Shown: piece by piece, positions 55,801-63,846 of the stretch
Layout: every line of letters begins with the position of its first letter
Position numbering within the stretch: the stretch's first letter is position 1
DNA from: a virus
Virus record (IMG/VR): IMGVR_UViG_3300028840_004168
Span: 1 to 64,000 of that record
Reading direction: 5' to 3' (one strand)
DNA: 64,000 nt
Notes under the pieces: model-generated
What the model was told of the DNA's origin: nothing
The model's database searches: none
What the model saw: only the letters and a program-made list of their open reading frames with translations
Position numbers and translations under genes: made by a program

Positions 55801-58420
55801 CAAGCTGATCATAGATATCTACGATAGACTCTATTGCGCTTTTAAGTTTATCAAATGCTCCAAAGAACAAGGCAAAACCGATCAGCCATGCCGCCTGCGA
55901 CTTGACCATCTGAGTAAACCCTGAAACAGTCCATCTAGCCATCGCCTTGGTAGCATCAGCACTTCTAGCCATCATCAACTGAGATTGTTCCAGCTGCTTC
56001 CTGTATTCAGCCTGCTGCCTGTTTACCTTCTCCATCTCCATATTCAATATGTTAAGAGTTTGGATATGGCCTTTCTCAGAAACCTTAAGCGCATTTATTT
56101 TAGCACTTGTATCTCCAGATGATTTTCCAAGTCTTTCCATCTCTGATCTTGTCCACGCAATCTTTTCACTGGTAATGATCTGGTGCTGCAGCATCTCATT
56201 AAACTTCTGGTCTAAAAGGCCTATAGATTTATGAAGAAGGCTCGCTGATCTCGATGCCTCTCCTAACGATTGACCGAAAGACCTCTGACTTTGTTTGATA
56301 TCTTTAAGCATCCTGTCAAGCACTTCTAAGCTGCTGACAGTTTTATTATTGGTAAGATTGAATTTAAGAGCAGCCTGATTAGACTTGCTAAGTCCAGCTA
56401 CAAGATGTTTATACCCCTGAGAAGTTTTATCAAAATAAGGGATTACCTTCATCAGTCCTTTTTGCATCTTCTGGCTAAGCTCTATACCTAAAGCCTTTGC
56501 CGCCTGTGTATCTCTAAGCATAGTTATATTTAACTTTTCAAGCCCTTGTTCAGCCAGTTTGATAGCATTGGCAGCGTCTGTAAAGTCTTTCTCTGTAGCT
56601 ATTCCAAGCTTATCCATTGCCTGAACAAATTTCTCAACCTGTGATATTTGCTTTTGAAGTTGGAATGCTTTGCCCTGTTCGTTTAATGCTTTAAATCCCT
56701 GTGCGGCATCTAAGAACTGTTTATCAACGCCCTTCAGCATATTCATCTGGCCTATCATTCCTCTGATCACCTGATCTGTAGATACAAAGCTGGAACGTAA
56801 ATCTATTACCTTTTTATCCATTGCATCAAAAGTCTGATTAGTTTTCTGAAGCGCCTGCACATTTACCATGCCAGCAGTCATTGCCTGTTGTATTTTAGCA
56901 GTCTCATTTCCTAGCTGTGTAACTTTTTGTCTAACAGCATCTATGGTAAACCCATACTCCTGCAGAACAGCTTCCATCTCTTTCAAAGCTTCAGGGCTAA
57001 GACCACCTGGTATTCGTTTTTTACCAGTTGCTTGTCTGGCTTCAAGCTCTTGGAGATACTGTGACCACTTGACAAGCTCTTCCAAGCTCACCGCATACTT
57101 CTCTGATGCAGCGGCAGCCTCTTTCATGGATTTATCAGTCGTTTTTGCAAAATCCTGAGTAGACTTAGCAAGGTTGTGCCAGCGCAAGCTGGTCTTATCA
57201 GCGTTCTCTCTCAGCTTAGCTACATGCACCCCTACTCTGTCCATGATCTGCTGGAACGGTTCATACTCTCTGACCACGTCTCCGAACCATTTTAATTTTC
57301 CTGGCTGCTTGAGTTGTTGGAAGAAGCTACCAGCTACCAGTTCTGCTTTCTTCATGATATCAATAACCATTCGATACTGGTTTGCTTCTTCAGTTAAGGC
57401 CGCAGCCATGTCTTTAGCGCCAGCCTCTTGAGATTTACTAAGCTCTTTTATCTTGATATTCAGCGTCTCTAAATGCGCCTCCATGTCTTTAATGTGAGGC
57501 GATACTTCGTCAAACGCCTTTCCAAGCTGCGCTACCGCTTCTATCTCTGTTATCTTGCTCACGTCCATCTTGGAAAGATCGAATCTGAGATCTACATCTT
57601 TAAGCCCTATTACAGATTGTTTTGCTTTATCTATATATAAAGTAAATTTTTTCCATTCTTCAGCAGTTAAAGAAGTTCTGCTTTTAACCTTATCCATCAA
57701 CTCAGTTATCGTTTTCAAGCCTCTTTCTATAGCAGCCATATCGCCAGGAAGTATTTTTTCAACGCCACTCCTAGCTTCCTCACTCATAGCAGCCTGCAGG
57801 CGCTTGTCTATTCCAGGAGTCTTAACTGAAAGCACTATGGGATTATCCTTAGCAGCCGCACGCAATTTATTCCATGTCTCATTAAATCTGGCTACTATCT
57901 CGGTCAGCTTATCAGTGATAGGAAGCTCGGAAGAACCTTTTCCTTTGATGTCGATCACAATTTTTTTCTCAGAAAGTGTGGCTATCTTTGAAACAAACAT
58001 TTCTAGTTCTGCAGATGCCATTTTTATAGAGTCAACTATAGATTGGAATTGAGTAGCCACTCCACCTATAGTATTTGCGCTCTCACTAGCTATGCCAGTA
58101 TAAGCCTTTTGTAGAGCAGCAAGCTGCTTGGCTGCAGCACCAGCGTTAGCTTGTAATGCTTTTAGGCTGGCAGCTGTTTCAGCGATAACTGCATTGGCAG
58201 ACTCTGCTGCCCCTACAAGGCCGCTGTAGTTCGTATGTAGCGTCTCTATAGCTTCAACCGTTCCTTTAGCTACCTTGAAGTCTATATTGGCCTTAACAGC
58301 CTTAATCTCCTTAAGCTTCTCTTTTATCTCTTTAATCTGTTTAGTGACTATGCTGGATATAGTGCTCTGTCCAGGCTTAGCACTTACACTTATAGTTATA
58401 GTCTTATCAGCCTCTGGCAT
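49880..58420 (-). CDS. tail tape measure protein (2846 aa)
   Basis: Long helical Ala/Lys/Glu-rich chain; TP901-type core (ELFYQLGSAGL, GMKYSIATAKEVGLSYDDLSGILGVL, AGRSL); C-terminal F.HGG.V and EGSFVM motifs. Confidence 0.93.
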   Translation of the reverse strand: MPEADKTITISVSAKPGQSTISSIVTKQIKEIKEKLKEIKAVKANIDFKVAKGTVEAIETLHTNYSGLVGAAESANAVIAETAASLKALQANAGAAAKQLAALQKAYTGIASESANTIGGVATQFQSIVDSIKMASAELEMFVSKIATLSEKKIVIDIKGKGSSELPITDKLTEIVARFNETWNKLRAAAKDNPIVLSVKTPGIDKRLQAAMSEEARSGVEKILPGDMAAIERGLKTITELMDKVKSRTSLTAEEWKKFTLYIDKAKQSVIGLKDVDLRFDLSKMDVSKITEIEAVAQLGKAFDEVSPHIKDMEAHLETLNIKIKELSKSQEAGAKDMAAALTEEANQYRMVIDIMKKAELVAGSFFQQLKQPGKLKWFGDVVREYEPFQQIMDRVGVHVAKLRENADKTSLRWHNLAKSTQDFAKTTDKSMKEAAAASEKYAVSLEELVKWSQYLQELEARQATGKKRIPGGLSPEALKEMEAVLQEYGFTIDAVRQKVTQLGNETAKIQQAMTAGMVNVQALQKTNQTFDAMDKKVIDLRSSFVSTDQVIRGMIGQMNMLKGVDKQFLDAAQGFKALNEQGKAFQLQKQISQVEKFVQAMDKLGIATEKDFTDAANAIKLAEQGLEKLNITMLRDTQAAKALGIELSQKMQKGLMKVIPYFDKTSQGYKHLVAGLSKSNQAALKFNLTNNKTVSSLEVLDRMLKDIKQSQRSFGQSLGEASRSASLLHKSIGLLDQKFNEMLQHQIITSEKIAWTRSEMERLGKSSGDTSAKINALKVSEKGHIQTLNILNMEMEKVNRQQAEYRKQLEQSQLMMARSADATKAMARWTVSGFTQMVKSQAAWLIGFALFFGAFDKLKSAIESIVDIYDQLARALRTVRSEMMSTAEVAVVMRSKMIQAATGLGSTFEQTGELFYQLGSAGLQAEESLAAFDSTLKAILATEEEVGDYTKLVTGIYKNFRDELSATGDQTAQFQSINDTLVATFRDHLVEMSELRDGMKYSIATAKEVGLSYDDLSGILGVLNDHMIKAGIAGRSLQVIFARMSKDADKFAAAFDIEIDLTKPLDFLDILDQVAIRMEAGALTAGDVGVVFERLGLRGAKSFITLVKYADEVRESINTLRTDAIAATDEMFDEMADKPEFVFKRLAAAIDAVMRINMAPFVETFLSLANVVSKVVEGVINLDQKFGGALSSIAKIAAVWAAWKIVLVATTKSMALFTNHVLGYTALNYAQYIGLEAKGLKTLGMSYVRNAKRLKIFGGATKEQIRLENELARAMNEAERAAAKKGDLFGRGLTAGSKAFQASLDKLDGKLKAVTTSQAILRKEQFRFSNAVSQSAALGKTLSAEMLQNAGITDKLKGAYNGLAAAQQEMQTAFINASQNAQTFGEKMQLAGKAIKIFRAGGMSFVGMLSILGSTLGIVAQRLVSFYIYAQLAIMALKWFIKVVKLTNEEIKENIQLLDQQIGENNQQVDSIKKAVKAIDDYKNSLIDVNQYTREVSQAFVLLGKHVPDIRIVDADKYRSQLEAIRKDLEQNTKHLERMKLEQQKILRARAFKEMIKGVEAFDKAVGKTERTFFNFIKRMLKGMTAWGIFADTIKSVWDKIFPSLKSVSESLGEQVGEIQNIRSEYQAATKDMEEFAKAEDMERYSAAVERQAGLAVKLKLAQRELGESYGDVIKELDDANVKTTDYTEGMRKMFSATEDAIDASPLMQRSFIDISKAAQGMAELLTEGADSTEEFTKALLLMSELRPEDKIESVKNVLLALSKRLKEDKVTGEAYARAMAEGFNLFGIEVPKSMKGVEAGVDALKLKMDTLKDATVEDLTNMVGAYGYSFSLMNRIVEKNMKSISKTMADTKLDFAGFENLNEQIESIKSLADIIVDQLQRHFEAKMLEVDLDVALNTHKAIMDMNTLGRTAEAVYEVWAVQMDVVDDKSRHLIKTTTDYEEAWAEMIRTTEKVEGVIAAIVKLEEDRNDNLEDTSVIYQDIQAQMARIAGIEAAAEFDKIGVGMDKARKFIDTLRGSVNRTTHSIDELGQQQKLFGDISKQAIGAALDAYSDLNGLILGNQEALLEYIDAQREAEKAVIDFNRAAADLDIFEKAGVGLDDYVKAEKKRTDTLEKQKDLTIKIAAERKKLVDIDPWDTEAVLNQTYAIEKLETKYNKMDDDLKEIRANSELYAEAVGLATEALARTENQLADNKKLIEEEIGITEEWRLKTAAISEELQKANKEQKSIVGVGTQAVHQMDRQRESVEKTIELYEDQKKLLEDQMERANKLAKAQDSDDDDRVAALVKIKDEYQDINRTIEMLNKGSLDVAKAQVKIQKAIVDELGNRNTLNAEEQFILAKAKNELLTSEEALNKMVAQLREMTSVLKDLAYVMALFVKSTDASPSIQASVDKIIELRQASEDVNKTAEIFKANMESGAESVSTAATQMDSMNVSVESANVNLEKNKEIMSSIKDEAAGVKEQVEAVKDANKLTLDEIVAQYGGYADLGDKIAYYNTELERTVEISKKELGQNLAIAAKQVEAAAEKQRLEEHNLAVAEKAVAEYEKQLELQEQMATKESPVTKEIADTIKDKLVSASKDGALYYDAAANYLEKKSKEAADYTKESLEKVLAEFASTDIFQGAISFMEFIERDPVGEAFADASESVRDNLNKTWNYLEDKGRDTADYMAERIERAFREGAEDIATTIMGSRGYQGGEVGSFQHGGMVPVRVSDGEAFIPAQLFKQNKQMFKLMNRGVSMFSGTPGIDRIQTVLPEGSFVMSRKGVRANKEFFETSASQRFYSGGMVAPESQRPAATAKDPEDMGSINLTLTVGDRQYQGQFVTRSEVAKSFRDDLKREKMLKIQD

Positions 58421-58423
58421 AAG

Positions 58424-59293
58424 CTATCTCCTGGGAGATCTCGAAGAGCTTTTAAACTTGCCCTTGCTTGAGTTTTTATGATCATCCTTGTTCTGCTGCT
58501 GTTTATCCAACTCAGCTCTGGTAGCAGATTCTTCACTTAAGACTGTCTGCCTGATCTCATATGCAATGTTCGTCTGATCAAGGATGCCGCCGCTATTAAA
58601 AAGAACGTTGCTGTTATTTGCCCAGTATACCAGCGATACGGCGTTCTCTACATCATCAGATACAATTGACAATGGACATGTGCTAAACTTCTTAGATCCG
58701 ATAGCTAACACATCACTACCAAAATTATCTTCATCAGGTTTGCTATCGGACTTCTTAACTAAATGATACTTGCTTACCTTCTTTTTTTCAACTCTTTTTA
58801 TTTCTGAAATTTCAGATTTTTCTTCCTCATCCATCTCAACTTTATCAAGACCGAACCTCTGGCAATTACGCCTGCCGTTCAAATGCTGCTTCAGACAGTC
58901 ATCGCAATTCCAGGTGTTGTTCTTGTTATATTCCATGAACACATGCATCCTCACCAGCCCTTTGATATCATTTCTTATATCTTTGGCAATAGAGGAATTA
59001 TCAAATATAAAGTTATATATTTCTTCTAAGTATTTCTTCGGTATCATGCCTAAGTTATCAACACTATAAGGCACTTCATTGTCGGACTCATCTTTGAAAT
59101 TAGACCAGCCGACTATATTACTAGCCAGTATCTTGAGCATAATATCATTCATCCCTGGCCTCTCACGATCAAGCTGCAGCCGCTGTCCTACTGTCAGAAA
59201 CTGAACATAAAAAACTGTCTGCTCCTGTTCGGGCTTGTCTTTGTCATCCTCTACAATAAAAGGACAGATATAGTTAGCATCTAAGCAAATCAT
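58424..59293 (-). CDS. tail assembly chaperone, gpG-like domain fused to a gpT-like domain
   Basis: N-half parallels 59374-59730 (IVGWSNFKDE); C-half has CDDC..NC, CP and GGILDQ.N motifs; directly before the tape measure gene. Confidence 0.7.
   Translation of the reverse strand: MICLDANYICPFIVEDDKDKPEQEQTVFYVQFLTVGQRLQLDRERPGMNDIMLKILASNIVGWSNFKDESDNEVPYSVDNLGMIPKKYLEEIYNFIFDNSSIAKDIRNDIKGLVRMHVFMEYNKNNTWNCDDCLKQHLNGRRNCQRFGLDKVEMDEEEKSEISEIKRVEKKKVSKYHLVKKSDSKPDEDNFGSDVLAIGSKKFSTCPLSIVSDDVENAVSLVYWANNSNVLFNSGGILDQTNIAYEIRQTVLSEESATRAELDKQQQNKDDHKNSSKGKFKSSSRSPRR
58803..58816. repeat. dispersed palindrome (perfect)
   Basis: TCTGAAATTTCAGA, codes SEISE. Confidence 0.8.
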
Positions 59294-59297
59294 AATT

Positions 59298-59336
59298 AAA
59301 CAAAAAGGGGCATAAGTCTATAGCTTCCTATGCCCC
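59298..59336 (-). terminator. intrinsic terminator between the two chaperone genes
   Basis: GGGGCATAGG-AAGCTATAGA-CTTATGCCCC followed by TTTTTGTTT. Confidence 0.75.
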
Positions 59337-59373
59337 TCTTTCATCCTACATACCTCCGACTAATTAATATTTT

Positions 59374-59730
59374 TTAATCTTCATCCGCACCTGCTTGTCC
59401 TAAAATTGCGTCTGCCAGTTCCCTTCTGGCATCCGCAGGAATAGAAGAGAATAAATTAACATCATTAGAGAACGGTATATCTTCTCCGTCCTCATCCTTG
59501 AAATTCTCCCATCCTGCAAGTCCTTCCTGGAGTATCTTCATCTGATTGTTTCCAGTCCTGATCTTCTCTTCTCGCCTCTTGCCGATACCAGTAGCTTTAT
59601 ACAGTTCGTCTTCGATCTTAGCAAGTTTGGGGAGTGGAATACGCCGTAAGGTAAAAATAGTCTGTTCTTCAACAGGTAAATCTCTGTCATCTTTGCAGAT
59701 ATACTTTTGCTGCGCTGGTAGTGCTCTCAT
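59374..59730 (-). CDS. tail assembly chaperone (gpG-like)
   Basis: Start revised to ATG 59730 behind GGAGG; FTLRRIP...LAGWENFKDEDGEDIPF...IP...ELADAI. Confidence 0.8.
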   Translation of the reverse strand: MRALPAQQKYICKDDRDLPVEEQTIFTLRRIPLPKLAKIEDELYKATGIGKRREEKIRTGNNQMKILQEGLAGWENFKDEDGEDIPFSNDVNLFSSIPADARRELADAILGQAGADED

Positions 59731-59963
59731 GTTGTCAAACCTCCATTTGGTTAAAAGTTTCCAAAAAAGTTTATGTTTAAAATATTGTAGCCCATTCTCT
59801 TTCAGGCTGCTTCCTAACTTTATCAGCGTCTTTAGATAAAGAGCTGTAAAGCGATACTTGATAAAGACTTTTATTAAATATGGCAATGCAAAAAATATTA
59901 TTAAAGCCTTTAAGATTTCTTTTCTGTTTATACATACTATTCCAATTAACATCATGTTGTTGA

Positions 59964-60011
59964 GCAAGGGGCAGGACAACATAGGAGCCAACCAAAGCGC
60001 CCTGCCCCTGC
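59964..60011 (-). other. GC-rich stem-loop after the major tail tube gene
   Basis: AGGGGCAGG...CCTGCCCCT inverted repeat, no U tract; likely mRNA 3' stabiliser. Confidence 0.6.
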
Positions 60012-60019
60012 TACTGGAT

Positions 60020-61501
60020 CTATATGCTCGACTCGGTATTGACAATCACCAAATAAACTTCAGGCAGATTGTTCTCCAAGTCAGGATATGCGTCAAACGG
60101 CATATCAGCAGTGATCAAACTTTCATCGGCAATTACAGGAGTGCTCCCAGTATACTTGACTCTTGGGAAGACAACGTATTTCTGACGATATACGCCAGTG
60201 CTGCCGATTTCACCTTCGACACGGTCATCAATAAGAGCAAATTCGATCTTAGCAGGAATGTCATTCACGAACTTACTGTAGATGATCATATCATCAAACT
60301 CGATGTTAACCATTCCAGAAACTTCTCTCTGCTGTTCTGGCAACTGACTTCTTCCACTAAAACCGAACGGAATTTTATCAGGGAATAGATTGTTGTTAAT
60401 CGTATATTCACCTGACATAATTTCAGTCCAGTCACCATCAAGATAAAATGCACCCATGAAAGAAGTAAGAGGATCAGTAGAGCTTGGAGATCCTGAACCT
60501 GTGGTAGTCTGCAGAGATACAGGTTCATACTGCTCATGGTCGCTCTCGATAGAATTATCGCCAGCACCAGGAATTCCTGTCAAACGATATTCACCAGCTA
60601 CTATGGCCTTACCAGTGTAAGTAATGTCATTCTCACGACCAATCATGAGAGTGCCGCCGCCACTTGGGAACCCATCATATTCTTCCTGGGTTCTCAAAAC
60701 AACGTATACATCACCAATGCTGGCTGCCTGATCTAACAGGCCCATTGACCATTCTACTTTGCCTAACAGCGAATAGACGGCTGTGCAGATATCGTTCTCA
60801 GGAAATGTCTCTGTAAGGTTGTCAATCTTACAACCAGTATAAATAAATGCTGCAATATCACGCAACACTTCGATGCTTATTCCAGGCAGCAAGTCTGCTG
60901 AAACATCCATTACGTGAGTATATATTGCAGAGTAATTGGTGGAGTCATATAAGAAGATCCTTGAACCCTGAGTATAGTTAGCAGTAATACCTGAAACGCC
61001 TGTAAACTGATCGTTTCCAGCACCTGCAATGCCTGTATAGGCAAATTGCTCAGATGTAAGATCGCCAGTGTTGGCATCTCTACCAACTATGACTGCATCT
61101 CCACCAGTATTAATAAATCCTTCAGCAATCAGATCTCTGTCTGTATCAATAGTAACAGCAGGCGAAGTATAGCTTGCTGATGTTACTGCTGCTATGCCGC
61201 CGTCTACATATTGAAGTGACAAATAATCATCGCCATAGGCATTCTTCAACATCGTGGTCTGACCTTCTATATTCTGCTCGACATTGATATCGCCTGCAAT
61301 ACTTGCAGATCCACGAACCGATGTCGCTCTTGAACGGTCAGCCCTCAACTCATTAGAAACTAAGTAGGCTATCTCGTTGCTGATGCTTTCAGAGGTAAAT
61401 CTTAGAACTTTGTTCAGAGTAGCAAGAACGCCGTAACTAGCCTCTTCACCATAATGTATTACTCCACGAGCGCCTACCGCTGGAGTAGGTATGCCACCCA
61501 T
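60020..61501 (-). CDS. major tail tube protein with two inserted decoration domains
   Basis: YGEEASYG...FTSESI, IAGDINVE, YTGCKIDNLT, YTINNNL, REVSGMVNIEFDD, PRVKYTG; no sheath gene nearby. Confidence 0.85.
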   Translation of the reverse strand: MGGIPTPAVGARGVIHYGEEASYGVLATLNKVLRFTSESISNEIAYLVSNELRADRSRATSVRGSASIAGDINVEQNIEGQTTMLKNAYGDDYLSLQYVDGGIAAVTSASYTSPAVTIDTDRDLIAEGFINTGGDAVIVGRDANTGDLTSEQFAYTGIAGAGNDQFTGVSGITANYTQGSRIFLYDSTNYSAIYTHVMDVSADLLPGISIEVLRDIAAFIYTGCKIDNLTETFPENDICTAVYSLLGKVEWSMGLLDQAASIGDVYVVLRTQEEYDGFPSGGGTLMIGRENDITYTGKAIVAGEYRLTGIPGAGDNSIESDHEQYEPVSLQTTTGSGSPSSTDPLTSFMGAFYLDGDWTEIMSGEYTINNNLFPDKIPFGFSGRSQLPEQQREVSGMVNIEFDDMIIYSKFVNDIPAKIEFALIDDRVEGEIGSTGVYRQKYVVFPRVKYTGSTPVIADESLITADMPFDAYPDLENNLPEVYLVIVNTESSI

Positions 61502-61522
61502 ATTAAACCTCCATATTTAAAT

Positions 61523-62002
61523 TTAATTGTGTTCAGTATATCGCCTTTTCGTTATTTGAAAGTTAATAATGCCGCCGTAAAAGACACCATTAATTCTGCC
61601 CACTCTAACTCCAGGCCTGGAGCCAGTTACAGCAGTTCGCCTGTCATGAACATATCCATCTAGGTTAGAATACTTTGTGAAAAGCCTTGATATTTCATCG
61701 ATGTTCTCTCTCAACTCTTTGAACAACAGCCTTTCACTGAACTGTTCTTGATAAAAGATTATGTTATATACGTTGGTTATATCATGTTCACTTCTATACC
61801 TGTTAATTACCTTATGGCCTGAATGAATCGCTTCTACCCAGTCAATCGCAAGGCTTGGAGTAGAAGGAACATAAAGCACGTCTTCTGCGAATATGTTGTT
61901 GTTGCCAATACTCAGGCCATATTCGGCTTGATGTTCTTTAAAAGTTTCAACGATGTTTTCTGCACCATCGTCAATAAAGTTGCCAGTATCTATTACCGCC
62001 AT
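61523..62002 (-). CDS. tail terminator/completion-like protein
   Basis: Position directly before the tube gene; PSTPSLAIDW beta-rich pattern. Confidence 0.6.
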   Translation of the reverse strand: MAVIDTGNFIDDGAENIVETFKEHQAEYGLSIGNNNIFAEDVLYVPSTPSLAIDWVEAIHSGHKVINRYRSEHDITNVYNIIFYQEQFSERLLFKELRENIDEISRLFTKYSNLDGYVHDRRTAVTGSRPGVRVGRINGVFYGGIINFQITKRRYTEHN

Positions 62003-62616
62003 TATACTAATCCTACATTCGACAAGATGTTCCCTACATTTATCGAAATTACTTCCATTACTTTATCGGCAAATGGAATGCCGCTTTCACCTGATAAAAA
62101 TTCTTTTGTAAGTTTCTCTCTGTAGTTAGCTCCTAAAAAATTGCTACGACTAAAAAAATGGTGAGGGTATGAACTATGGAATCCATCGAAGTTTACGCCT
62201 GTAGTTATAAAATCTGGTGGCCCACCTGTTCGTAATATAGCCGCTGTTGCAGATACTGCGTCAGGCGTAAGAAGGAATGCATTCTCTAAGGCAGCTGTTC
62301 TTAATCCAGGCTCTGTATATCTCGCTGCATCGATAGGATCGGTTCTCCCTTTATAAGTCGGAACGTCTTCGCTTTTATTAATATAACGTTCATACCTCTC
62401 GATAGTAGTCTGTTTTTTCGATGGCACATTTAGTGACTCGTATAAAGCCAGCCATCCGCTTCTCATCAAGTTCTCGATGGTAGTAAAGTTATTTTTCAAG
62501 TAGCTAGTGCCTGCACCTGGGCCAAAGATCTGCTTGTCAGCATCTTTCACTGCCCTCATGACAGCGCTGCCGTCTATCTTGAAATCGAATATTATGCCAA
62601 ACCCTTTATCTGCCAT
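62002..62616 (-). CDS. neck / virion morphogenesis protein
   Basis: Position between head-tail adaptor and terminator; R.FLG-like NFLG motif. Confidence 0.5.
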   Translation of the reverse strand: MADKGFGIIFDFKIDGSAVMRAVKDADKQIFGPGAGTSYLKNNFTTIENLMRSGWLALYESLNVPSKKQTTIERYERYINKSEDVPTYKGRTDPIDAARYTEPGLRTAALENAFLLTPDAVSATAAILRTGGPPDFITTGVNFDGFHSSYPHHFFSRSNFLGANYREKLTKEFLSGESGIPFADKVMEVISINVGNILSNVGLV

Positions 62617-63095
62617 TAGAACACATCTTGATTAACGAAATTAGTTGGATATTTAGGCGTTGAAGTAAAATCAGTAAGATTAGGAGTACTTAACCTGGGA
62701 GCCGATGTCAATCCAGACCAAGTAGCTTCATAAACGCCCTGTTTATAGTTATGTATAAATTTCTCAAGGAACTCTTTATACTGGCCTTCAAAGAAATCAT
62801 CGATACCGCCTTCATCTCTTATGTTGAACTGAGTATAGAAGTTAGATCCAGAAATCAACTGAGATGATAGAAATGAAGTGGCATAAACAATATCATCTGG
62901 CACAGGAGCTGTTATCGGCAAACTGCCTGTAGGCAAATGCTCTCGCAACCTACCATCTATTTTGGTGCTTGCGATATTAATGAAGATCTCACATTGATCT
63001 GGAGTCATGTGATCATCAGTAGCAGTTCCAATGAGAAACTTCGAATTCTTTATTTGAAGTATATCTTTAACATTCTGAACAGTGCAATATCCCAT
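62616..63095 (-). CDS. head-tail adaptor (gp36/DUF1320-like)
   Basis: MGYCTVQNV...I..AS..IDGRL....LPI..PVP..I. Confidence 0.7.
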   Translation of the reverse strand: MGYCTVQNVKDILQIKNSKFLIGTATDDHMTPDQCEIFINIASTKIDGRLREHLPTGSLPITAPVPDDIVYATSFLSSQLISGSNFYTQFNIRDEGGIDDFFEGQYKEFLEKFIHNYKQGVYEATWSGLTSAPRLSTPNLTDFTSTPKYPTNFVNQDVF

Positions 63096-63110
63096 TACGA
63101 CCTCACTTTG

Positions 63111-63773
63111 TTATGAGGAACTTTTCTTACTGCTCTTGCCTGAACTTTTCTTGCCTGAACTTTTCTTGCCTGAACTTTTCTTACCACTGGACTTTTTACT
63201 GGAAGTCCTTCTCGTAACAGCCCTTTTCTTTTTAGAAGCAGGCGCAGGTTCTGGCTCAGGTTCTGGCTCAGGTTCTGGCTCAGGTTCTGGTTCTGGCTCA
63301 GGTTCTGGTTCAGGTTCTGGTTCTGGCTCAGGTTCAGGTTCAGGTTCAGATTCAGGTTCAGGTTCAAGCTCAGGTTCTGGTTCTGGCTTTGGAGCTGCTT
63401 TTGGTTTTGGATCAGGCCTTACTATCGGAGCTGGCATAGGAACAGTATCTGGATTTAAAAGACCAGAAGGAGTATTATCTGCTGCATCGCTGGCAGATGT
63501 TTCAGCTGTAAGCGCATCCAGCCTTGCTTTTGCATCTTCCATAGTGCCAGATACAATCTCAAATACAGGAGTGGTCTTTTTGGTTTTAGGATTAGTGTAT
63601 AACTCATCGTCATTCACTACATCGGTCAAAATCCTTATTGCAGCAGCCAAAGGCATGTCAGGATCATCCATGTCAAACTTATGGCCTGCATTGAAATTAG
63701 CTTGCCGCCTAGTCAAATCAAACTGCTTAATATAATGCCCTGGCACGTTAGTCTTAATAACGAGATCTCCCAT
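63111..63773 (-). CDS. low-complexity protein after the capsid gene (EP linker, SGKKS tail)
   Basis: ORF track; GGAGG SD. Confidence 0.75.
   Translation of the reverse strand: MGDLVIKTNVPGHYIKQFDLTRRQANFNAGHKFDMDDPDMPLAAAIRILTDVVNDDELYTNPKTKKTTPVFEIVSGTMEDAKARLDALTAETSASDAADNTPSGLLNPDTVPMPAPIVRPDPKPKAAPKPEPEPELEPEPESEPEPEPEPEPEPEPEPEPEPEPEPEPEPEPEPEPAPASKKKRAVTRRTSSKKSSGKKSSGKKSSGKKSSGKSSKKSSS
63131..63182 (-). repeat. 15-nt tandem repeat coding SGKKS
   Basis: TGCCTGAACTTTTCT repeated. Confidence 0.85.
63245..63382 (-). repeat. 6-nt-based repeat coding (EP)n
   Basis: GGTTCT/GGTTCA/GGCTCA array. Confidence 0.9.
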
Positions 63774-63800
63774 GATTGTTTTTCCTCCGTGTTGAATCTA

Positions 63801-63824
63801 CCAGGGGGCGATAAAGCCCCCTGG
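63801..63824 (-). terminator. strong hairpin after the capsid gene
   Basis: CCAGGGGGC-6 nt loop-GCCCCCTGG; no U tract, so a terminator or stabiliser. Confidence 0.6.
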
Positions 63825-63846
63825 CAAATAAATTTTGAAATTACAT

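Noticed and set aside
60011-60022. Tube TAG stop followed by a hairpin, suggesting readthrough or TAG recoding
   Set aside because: A second TAG follows two codons later, TAG ends other genes (14289, 18351), and long genes have no internal TAG, so standard code 11 fits.
59731-60045. 105-codon in-frame upstream extension of the chaperone ORF (223 aa in the track) with a hydrophobic stretch, and a 72-aa ORF in the tube frame
   Set aside because: A strong GGAGG SD and paralog alignment place the start at 59730. The extension has no SD, crosses a hairpin and no slippery site links it to the tube gene. Its openness is unexplained but unsupported.
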